NCBI GenBank assembly: GCA_951406725.2
Contig: OX597817.1
Span: forward strand, 32,178,001-32,242,000
Length of the DNA: 64,000 nucleotides
Direction of reading: 5' to 3'
From: Octopus vulgaris
Taxonomy: Eukaryota
Of the stretch, positions 13,562 through 27,555 are shown one piece after another; the first letter of the stretch is position 1, and the number at the start of each line of letters is the position of its first letter. The notes under the pieces are model-generated. The model was not told the DNA's origin. It ran no database searches and saw only the letters and a list, made by a program, of their open reading frames with translations. The translations under genes were made by a program, and so were the position numbers.

Positions 13562-14214
13562 TAACAATTGAGGATAAAATCTTTAAAAGAAATTATCAGT
13601 AGTCAGCGTGAAAAACCTCGTAAGAGAAAAAATCCGTAAATTCTTCCTCTTTGAAAATATTCATTTATATTATATTGAGGGTACTACTATTCGTAGATAC
13701 CAACACGCTAAGAGGGACCAATGCGGTCAAAACTACTAAAAATAAACAAAATTTTACCGAATGCAAAACTTCAAAACACATCATTTTAAAAAAGAATTCA
13801 GTTACATATCACATGTGATTTCGCATTTAATGCAGAATATGCATTTCATGTTCGTCAGTGCAACAAACTCAAGAAATATAAGAAAAAACATAACATTACA
13901 AACTCGATAGCCAACCGTAGAATTCATCGTAGCTTGTACGAATGTTTATCCTTACATATCTATGAAAATGGCGGGCTTTTTCGCAATGCATTTCGGTAAC
14001 AAATTGCCTAGTCGGAATAAAAATTCAGTATTGAACTATTCCGGTGAACAATATAAATTAACAATTGAGGATAAAAAGAAATTATCAGTAGTCAGCGTGA
14101 AAAACCTCGTAAGAGAAAAAATCCGTAAATTCTTCCTCTTTGAAAATATTCATTTATATTATATTGCGGGTACTACTATTCGTAGATACCAACACGCTAA
14201 GAGGGACCAATGCG
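13554..14214 (+). mobile_element. About 165-bp direct repeats flanking a probable PLE endonuclease C-terminal remnant
   Basis: Near-identical repeats at 13554-13725 and 14051-14214. The spacer has YENGG...KNSVLN-like pieces. The unit abuts (TA)n. Confidence 0.5.
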
Positions 14215-14303
14215 AACCTGCGCACTTCGACAGAAAGAAATAAGAGGAAATAGAGAGAGATGGAAAAAATGTGTAGGGTTCGGCTATCCAATATGGCGAA
14301 TAA

Positions 14304-14377
<74 letters not shown>

Positions 14378-14382
14378 AAAAA

Positions 14383-14525
14383 TACAGCTGTTTCTGCTAT
14401 AAGATAGCTTCATCGGACCCTCGGATTTAAAGGACGGTTTATTTAGGAAGTAATTCATTTCCCAAATAAAGTGCACTTCATATTCGCGGCTCATAACGTT
14501 GCATTTTATAGCAGAAACAGCTGTA
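14383..14525. repeat. Inverted repeat with hammerhead-like motif on the minus strand (14383-14416)
   Basis: TACAGCTGTTTCTGCTATAA / TTATAGCAGAAACAGCTGTA. Minus strand reads CCGATGA-A-GCTAT-CTT-ATAGC-A-GAAAC-AGCT-GTA. Confidence 0.55.
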
Positions 14526-17269
14526 AGCTAATGGAGCTCGTAAGAGAATCGTTTATTCCCTTGTCATTTTATGTTCTTATTACCGCTCTGTATTTGACTA
14601 ACGCTTCGTTCTGAAGCATATGTGTATTGAGTTCTACACTAGGTTATGCGCGTAATCTTTTTTTTACTGATGTCATTGAAGCACAAAAATCTACTAACCT
14701 TTAAGTACTCATGAACATATTCCACACCTCGAATAATGATTATAAGCTCTCAGAGATTTTTTATTCGCTATCACTATCTACGTATAAATCAGATTGAAAT
14801 TATTATGTTCATATAAATGCAATATTTTCTGAATCTTGAGGTTCCACTATTTAAAATAAGTTGTATCATTCCGCAAAGCGAAGTTGGAGAATTAGTACAT
14901 CTCTAGTTATTTTGCTACTTTGAACAAACGTATTTGGTAGATTACCTACATTTTACCACGAAAATTCTTGTTTAGGTCGGAATTTACAATTGTCTACTCC
15001 GTAAACAACCAACTCTCTCTATAAGAACAAGCTATACTCATTCGATTGAATCTACATAAAAATCCTTTTAAACATAAAGTAAACAAAGTGAATAACACAC
15101 ATTTACATACAAAAATATGGGACCAGCCAAACACTAAAAATCACAAACTAATATACCTCAAATCCCACTCTACAATCTTATGAAACAGACCCCTTAGAAA
15201 ATGTCCCAGCTAAAATGAGGAGATGGGCATGCGCAGTATGATTTTGATCATAGGTATACTTGATGAGAGTTTCTTTGGCTAAACTACATCTTTTAATAGG
15301 TAGAAAATAGCAAAAACACTAAAAGAAATTCTATGGAAACAATCCCGACATGAAGCCGACCGCATCGTCATTAAAGAAATTTCGGGACTTATACATCTGA
15401 ACAGAAAACACAGAGCAATGTCATTGACCTGACAACATCAAAGGTTCAAAACCAAATGTGATGAAGGCACTAAGAGGTACTGGACTGAAAGTAGTATATC
15501 TAATTTGTCCTTAATTTCATAAGACGTCATGAGGTGTTTGAGAGAGATTTGACCTACTTCAAGGAGATTAAATATTACAATATTGAAACATGAGATTTAC
15601 ACATGTAGGTAGAAACTCATGGTCTACCGAGCATAAAGCACTTTTTCTTTGCAGGAATTAAGTTTGAGATTTAGAGCGGAATAGCGTTTTAATTTTCATG
15701 ATTTCTCAAAGGGTATTAGCAAGCTAAGACCTTATCAACCCCAGATGAATAAGTATTTGGAAGCAGCAAACTGGATTACAAAACTGCACGCGGATTGAAT
15801 CTCTAGCATATATGTTTATTTTAAATATCTGCATAATATAATTAAGTATTAATAATATAATTATTAAGCAATAGCACTTAATAGTAATAAGAATTCAATC
15901 TAACAACAAGTGGTAAAATATATTTTAAATAATTATTGCAGGTTTTCGATTAGCTATGAATAATTTATACCTAAATACATTTGTTCATGTTTGATTATGC
16001 CTCCATATATTTAATTTATGTGCGCATATGTAAGCGTAAAAGAACCTGGGAATTCATGAACGCAAAGCGATCTTCTTAATCCTTTGGTTATACTGCGTTT
16101 AGACACTACATACACAAGCACACGCACACACGCACACGCGCGCACACACATACGTGCACACACACACACACTGCGCACATACGCTCGCACATATCAAATA
16201 AGTAATATAGATATGATATCGAAAACATGCATGCAAACACGTACTCACAAACGTTTAAATAAGCACTACAGAAATGAGTACACAAAGAGAATGAAGAACA
16301 AACCAATGGAAAGTTTATAGCATAATTGAAAACGCCATTTTGATTTTAATAATCAACAAGTAATGGTGAACTACAAGGCGGTACCCAAAAATCCATCCAT
16401 AGGTGAAAATATAAGAATAACAACTGAAGGTTTGTCTTGCTATAAATTTTATTGGCATTAATTTCTTGCATTCTCTCTAGAATTGTTTCACCTACCATTG
16501 CCCTGCTACTACAGGGGAGAAAACTCATATGGTGACATAATGCACCTATAGTGTGCTAAAGGTTTGACCACACTGTACTTTACAGTACATTACTTTACAT
16601 TATGTTACAGTACTCGGTTTTCTTTTGCTGACTTTGCATTTATTCATATAGTTCTCTGTTTATGTGTGTGCCTATGTGTGTATGTGCATTTGCACGCCTG
16701 TATGTGTATGTATATATCTACATGAATGTTTATGTCTGTATATGTGTCTATAAGTGTATCTGAAAATAAGTATTTATGTGCGCTTGTGTGTAAATATGAA
16801 TGCATGTGCTGCCACACGAATGCATGTATTTATGTGTATTTATAAGTGTGCTTGTATGTGTATATATGTATGCGTGTGTATGAGAGAAACAGAGTAAAGG
16901 AGAATCTGTGTGTGAGTGTGTGTACGTGTGTGTGTATGTGCGTGCGCGTGGTGTGTACGAGCTTGTGTATTTGTGTGAAAGGTAGCTATTTATGTATTAG
17001 AAGAAAGAAGCGATGTTATGTGTGAGAAACCAGCCAATACGCAAATTTCACCGAACAACCCCTCTGCATGACGGAGTGATAAATACACATCGTGTTGATA
17101 AGGCGATACGACACTTAGGCTGCGTTCATCAGTCATTAGTTATGACAGTCTTTCATTACTGCCATCACACCTGAACGCCAACCATTAACCTCTCGTGATT
17201 TTTGTTGAGGGAACGCCTATTACACACTTTCTCGCCTTTTTTGCCTCTTCCATCTCCTCGTTATATGCG

Positions 17270-17361
17270 TGTATGTGTGTGTGTGTGTGTGTGTATATAT
17301 GTATGCATGTATATATACATATATATATGTGTGTATGTATATACATATATATGTATATATG

Positions 17362-17395
<34 letters not shown>

Positions 17396-17505
17396 TATAT
17401 ATGTGTGTATATATATGTGTATAGATATGTATCTATATATATATATGTGTGTGTATATATATGTATAAATATATGTATGTATATATGTATGTATATATAT
17501 ATATG

Positions 17506-17551
<46 letters not shown>

Positions 17552-17738
17552 ATCATATGAGAAAGAGAGGTGGGCAGAGATGTATATATGCATATAAATA
17601 CGCATACATATGCGCGTATGCTGCTGGTACATACATATGCGCATACACAAGCACGCACACACGCTTACACATATACACACATATGTGGAGGCATGTGTCT
17701 GTGCGTTCATATATATACACATATATGTATATATATGT

Positions 17739-17781
<43 letters not shown>

Positions 17782-18196
17782 TATGAAATCATATATATAA
17801 GTGTATATGTGCGTGTGTTTGCATGCATGTATGTATATACGTATGTATGTACGTATGTATATATGTATGTATGTATGCATGTACGTATGTATAAATGTAT
17901 GTACGTATGTGTGTGTATGTATGTATGTATGCATACATGAATGTATGCAAATATTCATGTTTCTATGCATGTATGTATGTATGCATGCATGTATGCATGT
18001 ATGTATGTATGTATGTATGCATGTATGCAAATATTCATATATCTATGCATGTATGTATATATGTATGTATGTATGTCTGTATGCATGTATGTATGTATGT
18101 ATGTATGCATGCATGTATGTATGTATGTATGTATGTATGTATGTATGCATGCATGTACGTATGCATGTATGTATGCAAGTATTCATATATCTATGC

Positions 18197-18229
<33 letters not shown>

Positions 18230-18315
18230 CGTATGTATGTATGTACGTATGTATGTATGCAAGTATTCATATATCTATGCATGTATGTATGTATGTATGT
18301 ATGTATGTATGTATA
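17270..18315. repeat. Compound (TA)n/(TG)n/(TATG)n microsatellite block
   Basis: Direct tandem repeats. Confidence 0.92.
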
Positions 18316-18601
18316 CATTTTTCTGTTAGTTCTGAAGCTGAGTTAAGTGTTTTAAGAGCTTAGAGTTCCTTCGAAAGCACTTAGTAAACTTTGTGCCATG
18401 ATATTTACCGTGTTTTTTTGTGTGTGTTTTTCTTTTTGTCTCTTTTTTTATTGTTTTATAAAATATATATTTGTAATCTAATACATCACACAACTGCAAC
18501 AATCATATATAATCATGTGTATATCTATCTGCCTATCTATCTATCAATCTGCTTATCTATTTACCTATCTACCCCCTCTCTCTCTCTTTATATATATATA
18601 T

Positions 18602-18730
18602 ATTAGAAGGTTTGGAGATGGTGTACAGGTATTATATATTAAAAGAAATTGGGTACTCAGAAATCTGGATGGTTTTATATTTACAGATATTTATTAGTAT
18701 GTTACATGTTTTTATAAATCATATATCATA
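18602..18730 (+). repeat. Copy of a (TA)n-associated interspersed repeat (fold-back form at 37264-37733)
   Basis: ATTAGAAGGTTTGGAGATG...CTCAGAAATCTGGATGGTTTTATATTTACA is shared with 37264-37370. Confidence 0.8.
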
Positions 18731-18732
18731 TA

Positions 18733-18891
18733 CTAGCGCTTTCGTCCACTCTAGTGGAGTTGTCAAATTGAACTTTTTCAGGAATTTTGTCTCGTTTTAT
18801 AGTATTATTGAGTGTGTAGTGATGGGGAGAGATATAAAATAGTACTAGAGGGTGAGGACTGGGGAGAAAGTGAGAGAGAGTGCGTGTGTGT

Positions 18892-18924
<33 letters not shown>

Positions 18925-19480
18925 CATGAGTGTGTGTGTGTGTGTTTGTATCTGAAACGAGTGTTAAAGAAAAAGAGAAGGAAAGGAAGAAGGAGAGAAA
19001 GAAGAAAAAATTTGTTGATATCTTTGCAGCTGGTCAGTCTTTCAATAGTAAATGATTCTTGGCTGTTCACTCCAAGGGGGGGGGGGGGCAAAATGTCACT
19101 TTTCAAAAAATTGTCGGGATTTCTTTTTATCATTGCCTTGTGTGTGAGAGAGAGAGAGTGTGAGAGAGAGAGAGTGTGTGTGTGTGTGTGTGTGTGCGTG
19201 TGTGTGTGTGTGTGCGTGCGTGTGTGGGGGTGTCTGTGTATCTGAAACAAGTGTCAAATGGAAAAGGGAATGAAAGGAAGGAGGAGGAGAGTAAGAAGAA
19301 AGAAATGTGTTTACATTTTTTCAGCTGGTCAGTCTTTCAATAGTAAATGATTCTTGGTTTTTTCAAATGGCAATCCCAGCCGGTCAGTCTTTACTATAGA
19401 AAGACTGACCAGCTGGTTTGCCATTTCTAACAATTTTAGAATTACTTTTTTCTGTCAAAATTCGAAAAATAACTGACCAA
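18733..19480 (-). mobile_element. Possible non-autonomous Helitron with internal tandem duplication
   Basis: CTAG terminus preceded on the minus strand by the hairpin TCCACTAGAGTGGA. Internal repeats of GCTGGTCAGTCTTTCAATAGTAAATGATTCTTGG near 19029 and 19324. The 5' end was not identified. Confidence 0.35.
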
Positions 19481-19872
19481 CAAAAAAAAAACAACCAAGA
19501 TTCAACCAAATCAAAAAAATAAACCCAAATAGTAAGCGAACAAAGATGGCCCATCCCACTTCCATTGCGCGCACACGCACACACACACACAAACACACAA
19601 ACGCGCGCACATACATACACACATTCACATACACCCTTTTACATACAGATATATATATTCACACAGAGTTGAAACGCTGTTTGATTTATGTTATATATAT
19701 ATATATATATGAAAGTGTTTGTGAAAATTAGGGGAGTTTTTAAAAAGGGGATTTTTAAAAAAGTTATAATATCTTTTATCGGGATGTTACTAACCTCTTT
19801 TGGAAGAAGTCCTTTCCTTGCGTGTGAGCGCTTTCGTTTAACCTTTTCAAACAAACGTGCTGTTAGCTTATA

Positions 19873-19985
<113 letters not shown>

Positions 19986-20562
19986 TATTATTATTATTGT
20001 TGTTGTTGTTGTTGTATAATATTATATCATGTGTGTGTGTGTACAAACATGTGTTTGTGTTCGTATTTTCATGATTGGTTTATGAATCATTGCATTTACA
20101 GCCGATGCATCATTGAATTGTTGGAACACGTTCAATTTTGATGGGAGATTATTGTAACTGTCTGTGAAATGAAATTGCTTTGAAATTCATCACGATAGTC
20201 TTTTTAAGCAGTCAGACAATTGCAATACTGTGCTTTTTTCAAGAACATTTGTTTTATCCGATGAACAGTACTTTATTTCACAAAAATCTTCCAAAAACAG
20301 ATGATAGCAAATTTTCAGTTGCATTTAGTAGTTGGGTTCCGCCATTTCTAGCGGATGACATACTTCAAGTGATATTAATTTCCTAATTAATGAAAGACCT
20401 CTGTAATCTCTCAGGAATATATGTGTGTATGTGTGCGAATGCCTGTGTGTACATGTATATAAGTATGTATAGATAGTTGGACAGACAGACAAAGAGATAT
20501 AACACATACACTCACACATACATACATACATACGTGTACATACATTGATACATATATAAATA

Positions 20563-21806
20563 CAGGGTGTCCCCCAAAAATGTATATATACTTTAAATAA
20601 TTGTAAAGTAGGTGTTTATTAAAATACATTTCATTTTCAAAATTTAATAGAATCTACAGACATTATTTCATTGTTTTGTCAAGGCCTGTTTTCAAACTGA
20701 CCTTCGTTCTGACCCAGGCACTGCTGACAATACAAAGCAATGGAATCGCAAATATCACGAAACAATTCGTTTGGTATTTGTGTGCATTCTCGTTCTGTGG
20801 CTGCTCTCAAATCAGCGACTGTTGCAGGTTTCATAGCGTAGACTTTGTCTTTTAGGTATCCCCATAAAAAAAAGTATTGTGGTGTGAGATCTGGTAAACG
20901 CGGAGGGTATTCAACGAAACCCCATTCGTCCAATCCACCTGTTTGGCAAGATCTCATCAAGGAAGATCTAACATAGCGATGGTAGTGTGGGGGTGCCCCA
21001 TCTTGCTGAAAATAAAACTCTTCATCTTCAAAGTCTTCTCTAATGCCTGGCATGACAGACTGTTGCAGCAAGTTCAAGTAAACGGGACCAGTTACAGAAG
21101 CGTCAAAAAAGAATAGTCCAATTAATCATTTTGATGATAAGTCACACCACACTGTAAAACCTATTAACATGTGAATTTTCAGGTCCCCAGTGGGTGCAAT
21201 TTTGGCGGTTAATTGAACCATTTAATTTGAATGTGGTCTCATCACTCCACACAATCTTTGTTGGAAATTGTGCATCTTCTACACCTCGTGCCAAGTACCA
21301 CTCGCAATACTGCACTCTTTCGTCTGGTTCATCATCATTAATAGCATGAACTAATCTTGGGACGTAACTTTTCCATTGACAACGCTTCAAAATGCGTGGG
21401 ACAGACGATTTTGGAATACTTACCTCATGACTCGCTTGCCGTACAGATTTTCTTGGACTTTGGTGATTCGTTTCCAGTACTCCTTGCTTTGTGGGTGTTG
21501 TTGATGTTCGTGGTCTTCTGGAATGCTTCTCATGGATATTCTGAACAGTTCCATCGGCTTTAAAGTCATCTCTAATTCGAGTGATGGCGAGTTGCATTGG
21601 TGGATCTGTTTGAAACTCCCTCTTAAACTGCCTTTGCACTTCAACTGCGTTTTTCATACTTCCAGTGGCATTTTAGAATGAATTTCCTTTGTTCAAAGCT
21701 TAGTCTGAATGCCATTTTTAATTCCAGTGGTTTCATCTGGAAAATTAAAAACATTAATTGAGTTATCACCTGCTAAAGTGCGTATACATATATTTGGGAC
21801 AACCCG
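20563..21806 (-). mobile_element. Full-length Tc1/mariner element, DD41D (rosa) type
   Basis: Imperfect TIRs CAGGGTGTCCCCCAAAAATGTATATATACTTTA / TAAAGTGCGTATACATATATTTGGGACAACCCG, with TA target duplications at 20561-62 and 21807-08. Confidence 0.9.
20679..21715 (-). pseudogene. Frameshifted DD41D-type transposase
   Basis: [15 protein letters not shown] start, [27 protein letters not shown] and [21 protein letters not shown]. After frame correction about 41 residues separate the 2nd D from the mutated 3rd D position. Confidence 0.88.
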
Positions 21807-21939
21807 TATATTTAAGTATATATGTGGATGTCTAAACACACAACTATATGTATGAGAATATACATGTTAAACTAAGCTTACAAATATGCACATGCACTGA
21901 CTCCAAATACTGCACAATTACACACAAACGTGTATAAAT

Positions 21940-22042
21940 ACCCTGTTGGTGTTGTTGAAATTCCAACGAAGCGAGTCTTGGCTCTAGCTTAGAAACCGGC
22001 TCTTTCTCTATTAGCAAGAAGTCTTGAAATGAAACTGAATAA
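21940..22042 (+). repeat. Short interspersed repeat (second copy inverted at 47841-47945)
   Basis: ACCCTGTTG..GTTGAAATTCCAA.GAAG.GAG..TTGG...TAGAAACCGGCTCTTTCTCTATT.GCAAGAA.TCTTGAAAT is present in both copies. Confidence 0.75.
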
Positions 22043-22433
22043 AAGCATAGATTTGTATACGAGCGTGCGTGCGCACGTGCGTGTGTGTATATGTATGTGT
22101 GTGAGAGTGTGTGTGTGTATAATTATGATAGAGAGAGTTTCCACCTCTTTTCATTCAAACTTTTAGTCGATACCCGAAACTCTGGCAGAAAACTCCACCC
22201 CACGCACTTTTATACGGTTGTATACAAGTTGAATGTATGATGAACTTCTTAACAGCGCAACGCTGCTATATATTCCAAGAAATATATATCTTTGTCGATC
22301 TTTTAGCTCATTTTTGCAAATTTATATTTGTAAGCAAGCAGATTTGAAGAGATGCATATGCTTGCATATTAAAGTATAGATATATGAGATTAAGAAATGC
22401 ATGTAATTTTATACTCGTCATTGAATAAGCATT

Positions 22434-22505
<72 letters not shown>

Positions 22506-23017
22506 CTTTCTTCACACACACACATACATACTGTTTCCCTTCTCTTCTCTTCCAATCTGTCTTTATGCGTTTGCGTTTATCCATATTATTAAATAAAAAA
22601 AATCTCAGTACGAAACTTCTTAATGTTTGCGTTTAATTTGAAAGTCAAAGGAGTTGCGAGAAAAACTAATTGAGGAGAAAATATCAAGTGAATAATACTC
22701 CAAGTCATAAAATGAACTTGAAAATGAAACGGAGCGTATGAATTGAATCAACCAATATAATATCAGGTTCCAAATTTTGAAACGGAGATTGGCTCCTCGT
22801 TTACGTAAATCTAGATAGTTTGTCGCATATATGGATCACGATATGGGGATAATACTTGGAGAATTATTGGCCAAAATCTGCACACACTTAAACATATATA
22901 CACCATTATACATACATATACGTGCGTGTGTTTGTGTATATTATATATTAATATGTGTCTGTATACATATATATATATAAATATAAATAATATAGTGTGT
23001 GTATATATATATATGAC

Positions 23018-23181
23018 AAAGAAGAACGAAATGCTACTTTCTTAAAAGTAGGTACATTTTAATTTTCCTTTATATAAATACATTACAAGAAAAATGTATA
23101 TTCTTCTTTTAATGTATTTATTATATAAAGGAAAATTAAATTGTACCCAATTTTAAGAAAGTAGCATTTTCGTGCTTCTTT
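23018..23181. repeat. About 165-bp imperfect palindrome between (TA)n tracts
   Basis: Arms CGAAATGCTACTTTCTTAAAA...TAATTTTCCTTTATATAA and the reverse complement, centred near 23098. Confidence 0.85.
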
Positions 23182-23215
23182 TCCAAAAACATCTACATAC
23201 TCGTGTGTTACCTCC

Positions 23216-23327
<112 letters not shown>

Positions 23328-23331
23328 TATA

Positions 23332-23525
<194 letters not shown>

Positions 23526-23552
23526 ATTTATATATATATATATATATATATG

Positions 23553-23890
23553 TCTTTTATCTTCTACTTGTTTCAGTCATTAGACTGCAGTCCTGCTGGG
23601 GCACCGCCTTGGAAAATTTTTAATAAAATTTATCGGCCCCTGTAGTTTTTCAAAGCCTACACTAGCACCAGTTGTCAAGCGGTGAGTGGGGGACAAACAC
23701 AGACGCAAAGATACACACACATAGATATATATATATGCATATGAATTACAGGCTCCTTTCAGTTTCTATCTATCAAATCCACTCACAAGGCTTTGCTCGG
23801 CTCGAGAGTATAGTAAAAGACACTTGCCCAAACTGCCATGCAGTGGAACTGAACTCGAAACCATGTGGTTGGGCAGTCACGACTGTGGCT
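23553..23890 (-). mobile_element. Degenerate CORE-type SINE
   Basis: Homologous to 12627-13018. Confidence 0.8.
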
Positions 23891-24020
23891 TATGTATATA
23901 GTAGAATAATAAAGAGAAAGTGCTTGGTACCGTATTATATATATTTGAAAAAATTAGTTGAGATGGCTCTTTTGAAGGGATAATTAAGATTAAAATAAGA
24001 GCTATGTCTACTCATTCTTT

Positions 24021-24079
<59 letters not shown>

Positions 24080-24197
24080 TTTTATTTGTTCCAGTCATTT
24101 GACTGAGGCCATGCTGAAGTCTAGTAATTATTTTACCGGTCTCTTTCGCAGAACCGCTATCTTACGGGAATGTAAACACACCAACATATATATATAT

Positions 24198-24243
<46 letters not shown>

Positions 24244-24247
<4 letters not shown>

Positions 24248-24546
24248 GAAATGAAGAAAATGCTGACAAAATAATTTAAGTAAGGGAGAGTGTATTTAAT
24301 TATATGAAAGTTCTTTTTACCGGTTGCGCATTTGTTATGCTTATCAAAAGATATATTTTTAAGAGAGATAGAGTTCCTTTCTGATAGATTTTTTTCTCTT
24401 ATCTATCAGAAAGGAACTCTATCTCTCTTAAAAAAATATCTTTTGATAAGCATAACAAATGCGCAACCGGTAAAAAGAACTTGCACCTAATTAAATACAC
24501 TCTCCTTTACTTAAATTATTTTGTCAGCATTTTCTTCATTTCCTTT
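24244..24546. repeat. About 300-bp near-perfect palindrome (fold-back element) next to (TA)n
   Basis: Arms of about 145 bp are reverse complements around a short spacer near 24390-24400. Confidence 0.92.
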
Positions 24547-25371
24547 TTTTATATAACACAACTCGTGTTCCACATCTCCTTTTTTAAATATATATATATA
24601 TATATTCTCTTTCTATCTATCTATCTTTCGATTTCTCTGTCTTTCTCTTTCAATCTCATCTTCACAATCAAAAGCTTCCTACCGTTTAAAAGAAGTATTG
24701 ATACATTGAGGAAATGTAGATTTTGAAGTACAGAAATATGGGTGGTCAGTCATTGTTGTAACGCTTTTGATTATAGTCTTACACGTTAAGGGTTGATCTC
24801 GCGTCAAAAAACAACCTGTTACTCTTTTCAGTAAAATTAATATAACTGACCACTTTATTTTCTGATAATGTGTACACTTGTACATCGAATTAGATGTATA
24901 GGTGTGTGCCGCGATATGCCCTTTACACATACATACACACACAAACACACCTGCAGAGACACAAAGATGTACACAGGCACACAGACACATACGAACATGT
25001 GTGTGAATGTGTGTGTGTGAGAGAGAGAGAGTGAAATAGCGACAGAATCAGTTTAGTACCAAAAGGCAATCTTTATACCCAACTTAACATAGGTGTTTTG
25101 TTAGAATGATAAATACTGCGTTATTTACCATGAAAGGACCTCAGCTAATGGACTTGAGGTGCATATAACCACTCGTATTTATATCGCTGTCGAGCGATTA
25201 TTGTCTACTGTGGCCGGTGGAGCTACAACAAAGCGAGGAAGTGCATTGTAAACAGCGGTGTATAACAACATCCGATAATCTGGTTGATACAGTGATTAAG
25301 TGCTATGTGTGCGTGTATGCATGTTTGTGTGCGTTCCTGTGTGTGTATGTGTGTGTGTGAGTCTGTATGTA

Positions 25372-25448
<77 letters not shown>

Positions 25449-26668
25449 AATGCCCGAAAGGTTGTGTCTATTTCGAAAAGTTCAAATCTGTTTATTAAAG
25501 TGCTTGGCTTGTTGTACGTGTTAAAGATACGCTTATGTATGTGATGTCTGTGTGTGAGTGTATATATGTTCCTTTCTCTTTCAACTGTTTATGAGTGGGG
25601 GTGTTTGAGTGTGTGTGTATGTGTGTGTGTGTGTGTGTGTGTATGAGCATGTTCTCTTGCATGCATCTGAGTATGTTTGCATAAGTGTGCTGGGGGGATT
25701 CTTTTCCCTTTCTTTTTTTCCCCCCTTTTAACGATGTGAGACCTTGCATGCACATATGTTTGTGTATACTAACGTAGCTGTGAATATATTTGAGTATGAT
25801 TCTGTGTACGTAGAGTGTGTATGCGTGTGTGTGTAAGAGTTGTACGTAAACGTGTGCGGTGAAGAATTTTAGGAATGGGTGGTTCCATCAATTGTATCTT
25901 TTTTCTCATAGGGACCAATTAATAATTGCCCCGGCATAGCCGCCGCCATCTCCAGCTTCTTTCTGCTCGTTATAGACATCTATAGTTTCTAACCGCCATC
26001 CTTCTGTTTATTCAACAAACAACGCACGGCCAATAATTATTTTTAATGGCTGAAAATCTTCGCCAGCCGTACTTCACATCAAAGTGTGTGGCAAGCGAAC
26101 AGCGCACACACAATCTGTAACGACCACCAATCCAACAATCATGTGATATGTATGGTTATTTTTCTTTCTGTTTTTTTGCTTTATTTTGTTGTTGGTTTTT
26201 TTTTTCTTAGTTGTAGTAAGTCATACATTTAGTTTTAACCAATGTGTGCTCACTGAACTGTCCTTTTCTCCTTCTTCTTCTTCTTTTTCTCTTTCTATTT
26301 CTTTGGTTTCTGTCTCTTCCAATGTCTCACACGTTCTTTCTTTCACTTCTCCCTCTTTTTCTCATCCTATTTATTTATTATAGATATTTAACTACATTGC
26401 TATTCATAAATACACACACACACACGCACATGCACATACATAAGGTAGAGTTAGTTCCACATAGTGTGTTGAAAATCTTCGATCAACTGAGATTAACCAA
26501 GCAATTAATAGAGAAAATATCCCTCTAGGGGTGTTCACTAAAATTAATTTTTTAAAAGCGGCAAGGGAGGCAACTGTAATAAAATTGACAAATTTTGGAC
26601 AAAATAGAAAATACAATAAATTAGTGACTCATTCATAAATACCTATACATGTATTCAGGCCTGTCTCT

Positions 26669-27080
26669 CTCTTTTCTCTTTTACTTGTTTCAGTCATTTG
26701 ACTGCGGCCATGCTGGAGCACCGACTTTAATCGAGCAACTCGACCCCGGGACTTATTCTTTTTGTAAGCCCAGTACTTATTCTATCGGTCTCTTTTGCCG
26801 AACCGCTAAGTAACGGGGGACATAAACACACCAGCATCGGTTGTCAAGCAATGCTAGGGGGACAAACACAGACACACAAACACACACACACGCATATATG
26901 CATAAATACATATATACGACGGGCTTCTTTTCAGTTTCCGTCTACCAAATCCACTCACAAGGCTTTGGTCGGCCCGAGGCTATACTAGAAGACACTTGCC
27001 CAAGGTGCCACGCAGTGGGACTGAACCAGGAACCATGTGGTTGGTAAACAAGCTACTTACCACACAGCCACTCCTGCGCC
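26669..27080 (-). mobile_element. CORE-type SINE, full length
   Basis: Near-identical to 12627-13018 and 43795-44203. Confidence 0.92.
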
Positions 27081-27383
27081 TGCTGTATGTATGTATGTAT
27101 GTATGTATGTATGTATGTATGTATGTATGTATGTATGTATGTACGTATGAGTGTACATATTAGCGTTCTATCATTTCATATCTAAGGGGTTTTTTAACGT
27201 ATACGTACATCGTTCTCTATCAATATCTCTCTTCAATGTACATTAAATGAATTCATGTGCATATATGCATACATAAGATAATAAATAGATAGATAAGCGC
27301 GATATCAGTGTAAGTGCAAAAACATTGAAGTGCTTAATATGGGCTTGCCTCGGAAGTGTGTGTGTGTCTGTGTTTGCTCGCGC

Positions 27384-27434
<51 letters not shown>

Positions 27435-27555
27435 TGTGTCTGTGTAAATGTGCATACATACACACTGATAGACACACACACATATACGCAGATACATACA
27501 CACACATATAATGATTTTGCATAAGCACAGCGTTATTAATTATTCGCTGGAATAA

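Noticed and set aside
21963-22003. CCAACGAAG...GAAACCGG as a hammerhead in the 21940/47841 repeat
   Set aside because: The core is mutated in both copies and stems I/II do not pair convincingly; kept only as a repeat.
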